Source: Bacteroidota bacterium (GTDB taxonomy: Bacteria; Bacteroidota; Bacteroidia; Flavobacteriales; Flavobacteriaceae). Taken from it: 38,115 nucleotides of DNA. The notes beneath the pieces are model-generated. The model did not search any database and was not told the DNA's origin. It saw only the letters and a list, made by a program, of their open reading frames with translations. Of this stretch, positions 1 through 8,447 are shown piece after piece. Numbering within the stretch: the stretch's first letter is position 1; every line of letters begins with the position of its first letter. The stretch lies in NCBI GenBank assembly GCA_024280815.1, contig JAJRPL010000222.1:1-38115 (forward strand), written 5' to 3'. The position numbers were made by a program, and so were the translations under genes.

Positions 1-33
1 TATAAATCCGCGTGTTCTAGGTTCTATAATCAT
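1..33 (-). CDS. fabV: 5' end of enoyl-ACP/trans-2-enoyl-CoA reductase FabV (runs off the window)
   Basis: Minus strand from ATG at 33 reads MIIEPRTRGFI, matching the conserved FabV N-terminus (MIIxPRxRGFIC). Only 11 codons are visible. A promoter lies upstream. Confidence 0.8.
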   Translation of the reverse strand, partial: MIIEPRTRGFI

Positions 34-78
34 TATGTTTATTTAGTTTTTGGATAATTAATAGTTAAACAGTAACAA

Positions 79-109
79 CAAAGTTAAGTTTTTAAAATTA
101 GATAGTCAA
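79..109 (-). promoter_or_regulatory. Bacteroidota housekeeping-sigma promoter for fabV
   Basis: Minus-strand TAACTTTG (79-86, -7 element TAnnTTTG) and TTG (107-109), 20-bp spacer. Confidence 0.65.
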
Positions 110-113
110 GTAC

Positions 114-137
114 AAAAAAAGCTCCGTTAAGGAGCTT
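114..137 (-). terminator. Intrinsic terminator of the PPIase gene
   Basis: AAGCTCC-gttaa-GGAGCTT hairpin with an A7 run on + (U tract on -), about 20 bp past the stop at 159. Confidence 0.75.
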
Positions 138-158
138 GTTTATTCGCTTGTGTTTGAT

Positions 159-1091
159 TTATTTAATAGCAACAAGTTCTACATCAAAGATTAAAGGAGT
201 ATTTGGAGGGATAACTCCACCTGCACCTCTAGAACCGTATGCTAATTCAGAAGGAATAACCATACGAGCTTTGTCACCAACTTTTAAAAGAAGAATACCT
301 TCATCCCAACCAGCGATTACTTGACCAACACCTACAGCAAAATCAATGGGTTGCTTACGTTTATATGAAGAATCAAATACAGTTCCGTCAAATAATTGAC
401 CTTTATAGTGAACAGAAACCATATCGCCTTTATTTGGCTTTTTTCCGTTTCCTTCTTGTATGATTTGATATCTGAGTCCACTTTCAGTTTTAATAAATCC
501 TGCTGATTCAGCATCTAAAATACTTTCTTGCTTTTGTTTTTCTTCAGCTTCACGTTTTTCTCTTGCACCTTCAAAAGTTCTAAAAGCCTCAATAGCATTA
601 AAGTTTTCAGCTGTAGTACCGACTCTTAAAATTTCTAGATTAGTTAATATATCGTCTTGTTGAATGGCATCAACAATGTCTTGTCCCTCAATGACAAAAC
701 CAAAAACGGTATGTTTATTATCTAGCCAAGGGGTTGCAATATGCGTAATAAAAAATTGACTGCCATTGGTTGCTGGTCCAGAATTGGCCATAGATAGCAC
801 GCCAGGTTTGTCGTGTTTTAATTCAGGATGAAATTCATCTTCAAAACTATAACCAGGGTTACCTGTACCTGTGCCTTGTGGGCAGCCACCTTGAATCATA
901 AAATCTGGAATTACCCTATGAAATTTTAATCCGTTATAATAAGGTGTCCCTTGTGGATGTATGTTGTTTTCTAATTTTCCTTCAGCCAAAGCGACAAAAT
1001 TACCAACAGTACCTGGTGTTTTGTCAAATGTTAAGTTAACTAATATATCACCTTTTGTGGTGTTAAATTTTGCGTATAATCCTTCAGTCAT
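159..1091 (-). CDS. Dual-domain peptidyl-prolyl isomerase (cyclophilin + FKBP)
   Basis: Cyclophilin motifs FHRVIPDFMIQGGCP, SMANSGPATNGSQFFIT, WLDNKHTVFG. FKBP motifs VHYKG, FDSS, VIAGWDEG, LAYGSRG, IPPN..LIFDVEL. Confidence 0.95.
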   Translation of the reverse strand: MTEGLYAKFNTTKGDILVNLTFDKTPGTVGNFVALAEGKLENNIHPQGTPYYNGLKFHRVIPDFMIQGGCPQGTGTGNPGYSFEDEFHPELKHDKPGVLSMANSGPATNGSQFFITHIATPWLDNKHTVFGFVIEGQDIVDAIQQDDILTNLEILRVGTTAENFNAIEAFRTFEGAREKREAEEKQKQESILDAESAGFIKTESGLRYQIIQEGNGKKPNKGDMVSVHYKGQLFDGTVFDSSYKRKQPIDFAVGVGQVIAGWDEGILLLKVGDKARMVIPSELAYGSRGAGGVIPPNTPLIFDVELVAIK

Positions 1092-1114
1092 TTTTTTATT
1101 TTTTTATGAGGGGA

Positions 1115-1145
1115 CAAATATACCTTATAAAAGGAATTATCCCAA
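1115..1145 (-). promoter_or_regulatory. Housekeeping promoter for the PPIase gene
   Basis: Minus-strand TATATTTG (1115-1122) and TTG (1143-1145), 20-bp spacer. Confidence 0.6.
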
Positions 1146-1155
1146 TATTGGTTTG

Positions 1156-2217
1156 TTATAATTTCCTTGTTTTATCTAGTAAATAAAAATCTGCCAACAC
1201 CATTGCAGTTAAAGCCTCTACAATTGGTACAGCTCTTGGTATAACACAAGGGTCGTGTCTACCTTTACCTTGTACAGTAATCAATTTACCTTTATCATCT
1301 ATGGTTTCATATTTCTGTAGAAGTGTAGCTACAGGTTTAAAAGCAACCTTGAAATAAATATCCATTCCGTTAGAAATACCTCCTTGTATTCCGCCAGAAA
1401 GATTTGTTTTAGTTGAACCATCAGTGTTAAAAGCATCATTATGTTCAGATCCTTTTAATGTAGTGCCTTCAAATCCGCTACCATATTCAAAACCTTTTAC
1501 GGCATTTATTGTAAGCATAGCATGTCCTAATCTGGCATGAAGTTTGTCAAAAATAGGTTCGCCAAACCCGACAGGAACATGTTGAGCCACACAAGTAATA
1601 GTTCCGCCAATAGTATCTCCTTGTTTTTTTATTTGTTGGATGCTTTCAATTATTTTTTCTGCCAATTCAGTGTCAGGACAGCGAACTGCATTTGATTCCG
1701 TTTTTGAAAAATCTAATTCTTGATATGGTTTTTGTAGTGAAATATCACCAACAGAAGAGGTGAAAGCATTGATTTTAATATTTTTTAATAATTGTTTTGC
1801 TATGGCACCAGCAACAATCCAATTGGCAGTTTCTCGAGCGGAAGAGCGTCCGCCACCTCTATAATCTCGAAGTCCATATTTCTTGGTATAGGTATAATCT
1901 GCATGAGAAGGTCTATAAGTATTCTTTATGTCAGAATAATCTTTTGATTTTTGATTGGTGTTTTTAATTATAAAACCAATAGAAGTCCCAGTAGTCTTTC
2001 CTTCAAATATTCCAGATAAAAATTCTACTTGATCAGGTTCTTTACGTTGGGTAACAATTGCTGATTGCCCAGGTTTACGTCTGTCTAATTCATGTTGAAT
2101 AGCATTGAAATCTAGTTCTAATCCTGCTGGACAGCCATCAATAACTCCACCAATTGCTCCACCATGTGATTCGCCAAATGTAGTAAGTTTAAATAATTTT
2201 CCGATTGAATTGCTCAT
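1156..2217 (-). CDS. aroC: Chorismate synthase
   Basis: [43 protein letters not shown] signatures. Confidence 0.97.
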   Translation of the reverse strand: MSNSIGKLFKLTTFGESHGGAIGGVIDGCPAGLELDFNAIQHELDRRKPGQSAIVTQRKEPDQVEFLSGIFEGKTTGTSIGFIIKNTNQKSKDYSDIKNTYRPSHADYTYTKKYGLRDYRGGGRSSARETANWIVAGAIAKQLLKNIKINAFTSSVGDISLQKPYQELDFSKTESNAVRCPDTELAEKIIESIQQIKKQGDTIGGTITCVAQHVPVGFGEPIFDKLHARLGHAMLTINAVKGFEYGSGFEGTTLKGSEHNDAFNTDGSTKTNLSGGIQGGISNGMDIYFKVAFKPVATLLQKYETIDDKGKLITVQGKGRHDPCVIPRAVPIVEALTAMVLADFYLLDKTRKL

Positions 2218-2221
2218 TTGA

Positions 2222-2229
2222 CAAAAATA
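2222..2229 (-). promoter_or_regulatory. -7 element immediately upstream of aroC (possible leaderless transcript)
   Basis: Minus strand reads TATTTTTG-TCAA-ATG. Confidence 0.5.
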
Positions 2230-2375
2230 GTAAAGATTTCATAGTATTGGTCAGTTATAAAAGGAAAATATCCACCTAAAGTTATTTTATATCGACTTTA
2301 GAGTTATAAAAATTATAGTATTAAAAAAAGATTAAAATAAGTTTGTTTTTCTTTTAACAAATTGAAAAAGCTTTC

Positions 2376-2383
2376 TATATTTG
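2376..2383 (+). promoter_or_regulatory. -7 element of the tRNA-Ser promoter
   Basis: TATATTTG ending 10 bp before the tRNA 5' end. Confidence 0.65.
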
Positions 2384-2393
2384 CAACCGCTAT

Positions 2394-2478
2394 GGAGAAA
2401 TGGCAGAGTGGTCGAATGCGGCAGTCTTGAAAACTGTTGAGGGTCACACCTCCGGGGGTTCGAATCCCTCTTTCTCCG
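2394..2478 (+). tRNA. tRNA-Ser (anticodon UGA)
   Basis: Acceptor stem GGAGAAA/TTTCTCC with discriminator G. D arm TGGCAGAGTGGTCGAATGC. Anticodon arm GCAGT-CTTGAAA-ACTGT. Long variable arm. T loop GTTCGAATC. CCA is not encoded. Confidence 0.97.
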
Positions 2479-2484
2479 CAAAAG

Positions 2485-2514
2485 AAAACCCGCAGCGTTG
2501 TTGCGGGTTTTTTT
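2485..2514 (+). terminator. Intrinsic terminator after tRNA-Ser (potentially bidirectional)
   Basis: AAAACCCGCAGC-gtt-GTTGCGGGTTTT continuing into a T run. Confidence 0.85.
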
Positions 2515-2641
2515 ATGGTTGTATTACATTTCCTTTTGAGACCAAGAGAGCAACGAATAATCCCTAAAAGCAAAGTTTAAAGGAGTAAGTTTTATTTTTA
2601 AAAGAAGTTGGTTCTTAATAAAGAAATTATTTTAGAATTAT

Positions 2642-3595
2642 TTAAAAAAAAGAGAATAGTTCTTTCGGGTTATCGAAAAATATTTTTTGATAATAAGCTG
2701 ATAACCCTTTTGATTTTAAAAATTTTGGTATCGTATCAATTAAATAAGTCAATCCTGGGCCGCCTTCATAACTTTTCCAATAGGCACTTTTAGCCATATC
2801 CATACCTAAAGTAATTTGATTTGGATACTTTTCTAATAATTCTTCTAAAAAGAAAAAAGTCCAATTTTTATCGTCTTTTTTCCAGCGGAAAGCACTATCA
2901 TATTCAATTTTAACACCTGTATCTAACACACTTTTTTGATAATTTAGGTCTTTATTTCTATCAACATGAGAAAGTACTACATGTTCTAGTTTCGCTCCTA
3001 GTTTCTCAAAAAGTAGAGCTTGTTCTAAAGCCTGATTTCCAAAATTTGTATGGGTTAGAATGGGAGCTCCAGTTGCTAAGTGCGTATTGACAACAGCACG
3101 AAATATTTTTTCTTGGTGTTTAGTGAATTTCTCATTTCCTGTTGCCAGTTTAATCAAGCCTGCTTTGTGATTTGTCCGTTCAATAATAGGAGAGGAGTAA
3201 TCGTGTTTATCTATACCTTCTTCAATATCTGCGATAAATAAATCAGTGAGTTGATCTTCTGTAAGGTTGTATCTCCAATGATTTTTAGGATAGTATATTT
3301 CAAGATGAATACCTGTTGGTACCACGATATTAACATCACTTTTTTGACTTACTTCTGCAGATAAAATTGGATTTCTACCAGCATTAACAGGCATGGTGTC
3401 AATAACTGTCCGTCCTCCAGCAGTATAGAAATTTTGCAATTCATCTGTTATTTTTTTTGAGTCATTCAATAAAAACTCTGGATGCCCTGCGGTTACATAA
3501 CAATCGTCAATAATGATATGTTCATGTGCATAGGTGAGTCCCATTTCTGATATTGGTTTGTCTCCTAATATGGTTCTAAAAAATGATTCTTTCAT
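2642..3595 (-). CDS. Phosphotriesterase-family (PTE/PHP-like) metallo-hydrolase, possible lactonase
   Basis: HEH metal motif, GGRTVID, candidate carbamylated Lys (LIKLAT), THT, SHVD and GMD ligands typical of the PTE amidohydrolase family. Confidence 0.88.
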   Translation of the reverse strand: MKESFFRTILGDKPISEMGLTYAHEHIIIDDCYVTAGHPEFLLNDSKKITDELQNFYTAGGRTVIDTMPVNAGRNPILSAEVSQKSDVNIVVPTGIHLEIYYPKNHWRYNLTEDQLTDLFIADIEEGIDKHDYSSPIIERTNHKAGLIKLATGNEKFTKHQEKIFRAVVNTHLATGAPILTHTNFGNQALEQALLFEKLGAKLEHVVLSHVDRNKDLNYQKSVLDTGVKIEYDSAFRWKKDDKNWTFFFLEELLEKYPNQITLGMDMAKSAYWKSYEGGPGLTYLIDTIPKFLKSKGLSAYYQKIFFDNPKELFSFF

Positions 3596-3672
3596 TTTGT
3601 TAATTTATCTAGTTATTACACAGAGTTTTGTTCATAGAGTATTTTTATTATAAACTGTTACTACCTACTGAA

Positions 3673-5034
3673 TTACTTATTATTTCTCCATCCATCACGT
3701 GAAATATTTGCGACTTTATCAGGTTGTTCTAATATTGCACCTTGTGCGATTAAAGTGTCTTGTAATTTCGAAACATTTACATTGTTGGCTTCACAATCTG
3801 TATCTAAAGACTGTACTGCAGCAAAACCCACTGTTTGTCCCATGCTCATGGTTTGTGCCATAGATCTACACGAAGCATGTGCATCATGTGTGGCAGAAAA
3901 ACAACGACCTGCTACCCATATGGTTGCACTGTCTTTTGGAACTAATGTTCCATAAGGCACTCCATAAGTGCCTCCATCTGGTACGTACTGCCAAAAGGTT
4001 TCCGATTTTCCATCGGCAGATTTTCGATGGTCTTCGATGGGTGCTCCACATAAAAAGACTTGATCTTTAAATTGTTTGGCAGTCATGCAGTCTTCTTTTG
4101 TTAATCGGTATTCTCCATAAACTCGTCTTGTCTCTCGAACACCTATTTGATTTGATAATCCGATAATTTTGGAATCTTGATAGCCTGGTATTTCAGCTCT
4201 AAAAAAATCTTCAAAAATAAAGGATTGTCTTCTCCCTTCAATTTCTGCTTTGGTAATTCCTTCAGGGTCTAGTGGGTCAAAATCGACCACTTTAACAGCT
4301 ACGGTAGAAATACATTTTGGTTGACACATTTCATGTGCAGAGCCTTCTTTTCTAGGTAAGGGATGTTTACCAGAAATATAAGCATCACCCATTTTTTGTT
4401 TTAGTATTTTTTTTCCTCCTGCAGCTTCAAATTCGGTTAAATTTACATTTGCCATTCTAAAAATGGTGGTCATGCTTTGTGCAGGTTCTTTTTCGCCAGC
4501 TTTTTCGTAAGGGATATCTGCCCAATGACAATAATCAGCATCGCCAGAAGCATCAATAATTCGTTTTGCCGTAATTTCAAAAAAACCTAATCCCTTGTGG
4601 AACATTATACAGGTAGAAATTTCTCCTTTATTTTCAACACCAACTAAAGTGGAATGATAAAAAATTTGAATGTCATTCTTAACTAATAAATTATCCCAAA
4701 CTTCTTTTAGCTTTTCAGGATTGTAATTTACACCAGTTCCAGCACCATAGGTGTTCGGGCGTAAAAATATATTACCCGATTTATTCAATTCATTAACAAC
4801 TAAATCTGGCAGACCACCTACAATTTTTTTTGGTGTATCAGAAGGTGTAAAAAAGCCATAAAAGGTATCAAGCATTTGCGTGGAAGTACCACCTGCAAAC
4901 CCATACCTTTCTACAATGGTAACTTTGTATTTACCTTGACTTGCAGCAATAGCAGCCATAGCACCTGCACTACCACTACCTATTACTAGAATGTCAGTCT
5001 TATATGATTTCTGTATTGAGGTTTTAAAATTCAT
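3673..5034 (-). CDS. FAD-dependent oxidoreductase (FAD_oxidored/PF12831-like)
   Basis: DILVIGSGSAG dinucleotide motif, IDASGDAD, RETRRVYGEY, YGVPYGTLVP, AGRCFSATH. Start moved to ATG 5034 (MNFKTS), just after the upstream stop at 5036. Confidence 0.88.
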   Translation of the reverse strand: MNFKTSIQKSYKTDILVIGSGSAGAMAAIAASQGKYKVTIVERYGFAGGTSTQMLDTFYGFFTPSDTPKKIVGGLPDLVVNELNKSGNIFLRPNTYGAGTGVNYNPEKLKEVWDNLLVKNDIQIFYHSTLVGVENKGEISTCIMFHKGLGFFEITAKRIIDASGDADYCHWADIPYEKAGEKEPAQSMTTIFRMANVNLTEFEAAGGKKILKQKMGDAYISGKHPLPRKEGSAHEMCQPKCISTVAVKVVDFDPLDPEGITKAEIEGRRQSFIFEDFFRAEIPGYQDSKIIGLSNQIGVRETRRVYGEYRLTKEDCMTAKQFKDQVFLCGAPIEDHRKSADGKSETFWQYVPDGGTYGVPYGTLVPKDSATIWVAGRCFSATHDAHASCRSMAQTMSMGQTVGFAAVQSLDTDCEANNVNVSKLQDTLIAQGAILEQPDKVANISRDGWRNNK

Positions 5035-5035
5035 T

Positions 5036-5821
5036 TTATTTTTTATTTCCAACGTTCTCATAAAGTTTAGACATTAAATGAGCATGTTCATCATAAGCAC
5101 CTTCAAATAATTCAACAGCACGTTCATCACCAATAATTTTTCCACTACTTAATACTTTTGGTATTTTTCCATTTTGCACTAAGATATTGGAAATTTCTGC
5201 TTTTAGAGTATTGATAATCAGCACACCTCCTAAGGTTGATCCTGGGGAAACAGGTGTGTCTAACCCGTTAATTTGTATCATCGCATCTCCTAAAGGAGCT
5301 CCTGTATCTAAGACATAATCAGCAAAATCGATTAATTTTTTACCATCTTTATGTTTAGAAGTACTACCTTCTAGATGCAGACTACTCACTAATGCGACTA
5401 CTTTTACATTCAGTTTTTGAAATTCTTCTGCCATTTCAATGGGAACTACATTGCATCCGCTTGACGAGATAACTAATGCAGTATCTTGGTCTGAGATATC
5501 AAAATTTCTTAAAATTCTACCTGCAAAATTGGGTACATTTTCTAAAAACATGGCTTGACGTTGTCCGTTAGCACCTGTAACCATCTGATGACTAGAAAGA
5601 GAGTGCTCTACAATGGGATTAAAGCCTGGAAAAGAACCATATCTTGGCCACATTTCTTCTACCATCATTCTGCTGTGTCCTGATCCGAAAAGATGTACCA
5701 TTCTACCATCTAAAATAGATTTTGCAAATATTTGTGCTACTTCTTGAATTTTAGCCTCTTGTTTTTCTACTATTGAAATAATTTCTTTTCCTTTTTGTAA
5801 ATATTGTTGTGTATAGCTCAT
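5036..5821 (-). CDS. SIS-domain sugar-phosphate isomerase/binding protein
   Basis: VHLFGSGHS and VISSSGCN phosphosugar-binding motifs, SPGST. Stand-alone SIS_2 type. Confidence 0.88.
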   Translation of the reverse strand: MSYTQQYLQKGKEIISIVEKQEAKIQEVAQIFAKSILDGRMVHLFGSGHSRMMVEEMWPRYGSFPGFNPIVEHSLSSHQMVTGANGQRQAMFLENVPNFAGRILRNFDISDQDTALVISSSGCNVVPIEMAEEFQKLNVKVVALVSSLHLEGSTSKHKDGKKLIDFADYVLDTGAPLGDAMIQINGLDTPVSPGSTLGGVLIINTLKAEISNILVQNGKIPKVLSSGKIIGDERAVELFEGAYDEHAHLMSKLYENVGNKK

Positions 5822-5822
5822 T

Positions 5823-6725
5823 TTATTTCATCGATTTTTGTTTTGCAAATAATGCAGCACCAACGGCACCTGCAAAATTTCCATATTGTGCTTTTTTTAT
5901 TGTTGTTTGATGATTATCGGGTCTCCATTCATACAAAGACATAAATTTATTGAGTGGATTAAATAAATCATCATCTGCATCAGTAATGCCACCGCCAATA
6001 ATAATTAATTCGGGAGATAGTGTGTTAATTAATGACGACAAACCTGTTGCTAGTTTTTGGATAGATGATAACCACCAATAGCTAGCTAATGGGTCGTTAT
6101 TTTTATAAGCAACCACCAAATCTTTTGTAGTTTTAAATTTCCCATTGGTTCGCTCTTCAACAGAAAAATTACCAATAGCATATTCTAAACTCCCCACCAT
6201 ATTTGTCATGGTTGTCGCTCCCATATGATTAACGGTTATATGTCCTAAATGACCTGCTCGTTGAATACAACCCTGAAATATTTTTCCATTTATAATAACG
6301 GCACCACCAACACCAGTACCAAGTGTAAGTAGTATCATATGTTCAATTTTATTTTTGTAAAACGTTTCATATTCGGCAAGGCAGGCAGCATGTGCATCAT
6401 TAATTACATGAATATTTCTATTTAAATGAATAGACCAATTAAACTTTTCTAAGCCTTTGAGTCTTTCAGGCATGGTTAGTATTTGCGTATTTTCTATATC
6501 TACTAAACCTGGTGCAGAAATACCACACTGTAAACTATTGACATTACCATTTTCAAATTTTTGAGTTTTACTATCGATTAAATTGATAATATTCTGTTTC
6601 CATTTTTCTGGATTGGTTGATGAATCTTCCGTAGGAATACTTTCTTTATCTAGAATTTCTCCTGTATCATTGAGTACAACAGATTTGATATTTGTACCTC
6701 CAATGTCTATGCCTAAATATTTCAT
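5823..6725 (-). CDS. ROK-family sugar kinase
   Basis: GIDIGGT, NDAHAA, LTLGTGVGG, GHLGH, IIIGGG. No N-terminal HTH, so a kinase rather than a repressor. Confidence 0.92.
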   Translation of the reverse strand: MKYLGIDIGGTNIKSVVLNDTGEILDKESIPTEDSSTNPEKWKQNIINLIDSKTQKFENGNVNSLQCGISAPGLVDIENTQILTMPERLKGLEKFNWSIHLNRNIHVINDAHAACLAEYETFYKNKIEHMILLTLGTGVGGAVIINGKIFQGCIQRAGHLGHITVNHMGATTMTNMVGSLEYAIGNFSVEERTNGKFKTTKDLVVAYKNNDPLASYWWLSSIQKLATGLSSLINTLSPELIIIGGGITDADDDLFNPLNKFMSLYEWRPDNHQTTIKKAQYGNFAGAVGAALFAKQKSMK

Positions 6726-6826
6726 TTTTTATTTCATTTTACCACTCCCGAATCGTCGGGAAACTAATTTTGTTTTACTTCGTAAATATTTAGTTTCCTG
6801 GTTAACTACTAACTGAGCACTGAATA

Positions 6827-7609
6827 CTAATACTGCCCTTCACTTATTGTCCATCCGCCATCAACCGCCAAAACTTGCCCAGTTGTAAACTTAGAAGAAG
6901 GTGAAAGAAACATTAATACTGCATCGTTAAGATCATCAGGATGTCCTGACCGTCCGCCATCTAAAGGTTGTTTAGTTTTTAAAAAGTTCTGAATTTCATC
7001 ATTTTCAACGGCTCGTTTTGCCATAGGTGTAGCAAATAAACTAGGTGCAATTACATTTACTCGAATATTGTCAGTGGCATAATACGATGCTATCGATTTT
7101 GAAAAACCAATAATAGCCGACTTGGTAGCTGCATAAGCATGGGTTACAAAATATTTTGGAGAAGGTGAGTATCCTAATACCGATCCCATATTTAAGATAA
7201 CACCTGATTTTTTATGCTCTAAAAAATAAGTAACCATGGCTTTATTAGAAAGCATCATAGAGGTAAGGTTAAGTTCAAAGGTTTTATTCCACCCTTCTAA
7301 GGTTAATTTGTCTAATGGACCGTCTCCAAATCGTCTTCCACTACCACCAGCGACATGAAAAAGCCCCGTAATTGTCCCAAACTCTTGATGTGCCTTTGTA
7401 ATTGCTTTTTCAATAGTTTCAGGATTTGTTGCATCACCACTTAGCACCAAACAATTCGAACCTAACTGTTCTTGAGCTTTTGCACAACTTTCTTTATTTC
7501 TACCAATGGCTATAATTCTAGCCCCTTCTTTTTGTAAGGCAAGGGCAGAGGAGAGTCCCATTCCAGTGGTACCTCCCATAATAATATAGTTAGTGTTTGT
7601 AAAGTTCAT
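6827..7609 (-). CDS. Short-chain dehydrogenase/reductase
   Basis: MGGTTGMG cofactor motif, catalytic YAATK, IRVNVIAP, TGQVLAVDGG. Confidence 0.93.
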   Translation of the reverse strand: MNFTNTNYIIMGGTTGMGLSSALALQKEGARIIAIGRNKESCAKAQEQLGSNCLVLSGDATNPETIEKAITKAHQEFGTITGLFHVAGGSGRRFGDGPLDKLTLEGWNKTFELNLTSMMLSNKAMVTYFLEHKKSGVILNMGSVLGYSPSPKYFVTHAYAATKSAIIGFSKSIASYYATDNIRVNVIAPSLFATPMAKRAVENDEIQNFLKTKQPLDGGRSGHPDDLNDAVLMFLSPSSKFTTGQVLAVDGGWTISEGQY

Positions 7610-7614
7610 AGTCT

Positions 7615-8319
7615 TTATGCTTCTATGGTAAAATCATCAGTATTACAATACAAGAATGAGTAAATAAAAAAATCAGGTCTATTGGTAGCTAATTTTCTAA
7701 CAATTTCTAAAATAGGACTGCCTTTAGAAATACTTAATCTTTTTGCTACTTTTTCTGAAGCTGTAACTGCTCTAAATTTTTGAATAACTCCAGTGATTTC
7801 TATATCATGATTTATCAATAAAGTGTCAAACAATGAATTGTGAACAAATGGTTTTGAGCAAAAAGTTTTCATGCCAATATTAGGAATATAAGTTTTTTCA
7901 AACATGATTGGTTTTTTATCTATTGTTCGTGTTCTTGAAAAAACAATACACTTAGCAGAGACTTCCTCAGTAGTTAAATTCCAATAAAAATTTTCTCTCC
8001 AATTTTCTATTCTGGGTTTTTTTACAAGTTCGGTGTCAATTTTAATTTCTTTACCTTTCATTACTTCCGTAAACCCCTTCTTAGAAAGCAATTCGTAACT
8101 CTTCCTTTTACCTTCTACAATACTTCCTTTTCCTTGTTGACGGCTAATCAATCCTTCATTTTCCAGATCTTTTAGAGCATGTCTAATGGTCATACGAGAA
8201 AGTCCGTATTGTTTAGAAAGTTTATTCTCAGAGGGAAGCAGGTCTCCTTTGATATATTCACCTTTAATTATCTTTTTCTTAAGTTCTTTTTGAACTTTAA
8301 CATAGCCTATTTGGGTCAT
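7615..8319 (-). CDS. GntR-family (HutC/UTRA subfamily) transcriptional regulator
   Basis: wHTH LPSENKLSKQYGLSRMTIRHAL...RQQGKGS plus a C-terminal UTRA-like domain, 234 aa. Confidence 0.93.
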   Translation of the reverse strand: MTQIGYVKVQKELKKKIIKGEYIKGDLLPSENKLSKQYGLSRMTIRHALKDLENEGLISRQQGKGSIVEGKRKSYELLSKKGFTEVMKGKEIKIDTELVKKPRIENWRENFYWNLTTEEVSAKCIVFSRTRTIDKKPIMFEKTYIPNIGMKTFCSKPFVHNSLFDTLLINHDIEITGVIQKFRAVTASEKVAKRLSISKGSPILEIVRKLATNRPDFFIYSFLYCNTDDFTIEA

Positions 8320-8346
8320 TTCTATCTAAAAAATATGATTAAAATA

Positions 8347-8381
8347 CAAAAATACATTAAAAAACTTGTATATACAAGTTT
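8347..8381 (-). promoter_or_regulatory. gntR operon promoter with overlapping palindromic operator (copy 1)
   Basis: Perfect 20-bp palindrome AAACTTGTATATACAAGTTT (8362-8381). Minus-strand -7 TATTTTTG (8347-8354). The -33 TTG (8375-8377) lies inside the palindrome, 20-bp spacer. Confidence 0.85.
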
Positions 8382-8387
8382 GATTTT

Positions 8388-8420
8388 AAAAGGCTGATCC
8401 ACACAATGAATCAGCCTTTT
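8388..8420 (-). terminator. Terminator of the multimodular GH16 gene
   Basis: AAAAGGCTGAT...ATCAGCCTTTT 11-bp stem, 28 bp past the stop at 8448. Confidence 0.75.
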
Positions 8421-8447
8421 TGTTGTATTTTTTTTATGATTTAAATA

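Noticed and set aside
159-1091. Cyclophilin-FKBP fusion as a novelty
   Set aside because: Dual-family PPIases are already known in flavobacteria. Ordinary housekeeping context.
2313-2573. 86-aa minus-strand ORF
   Set aside because: Antisense shadow of tRNA-Ser and its terminator (GERGIRTPG is the reverse of the tRNA 3' half).
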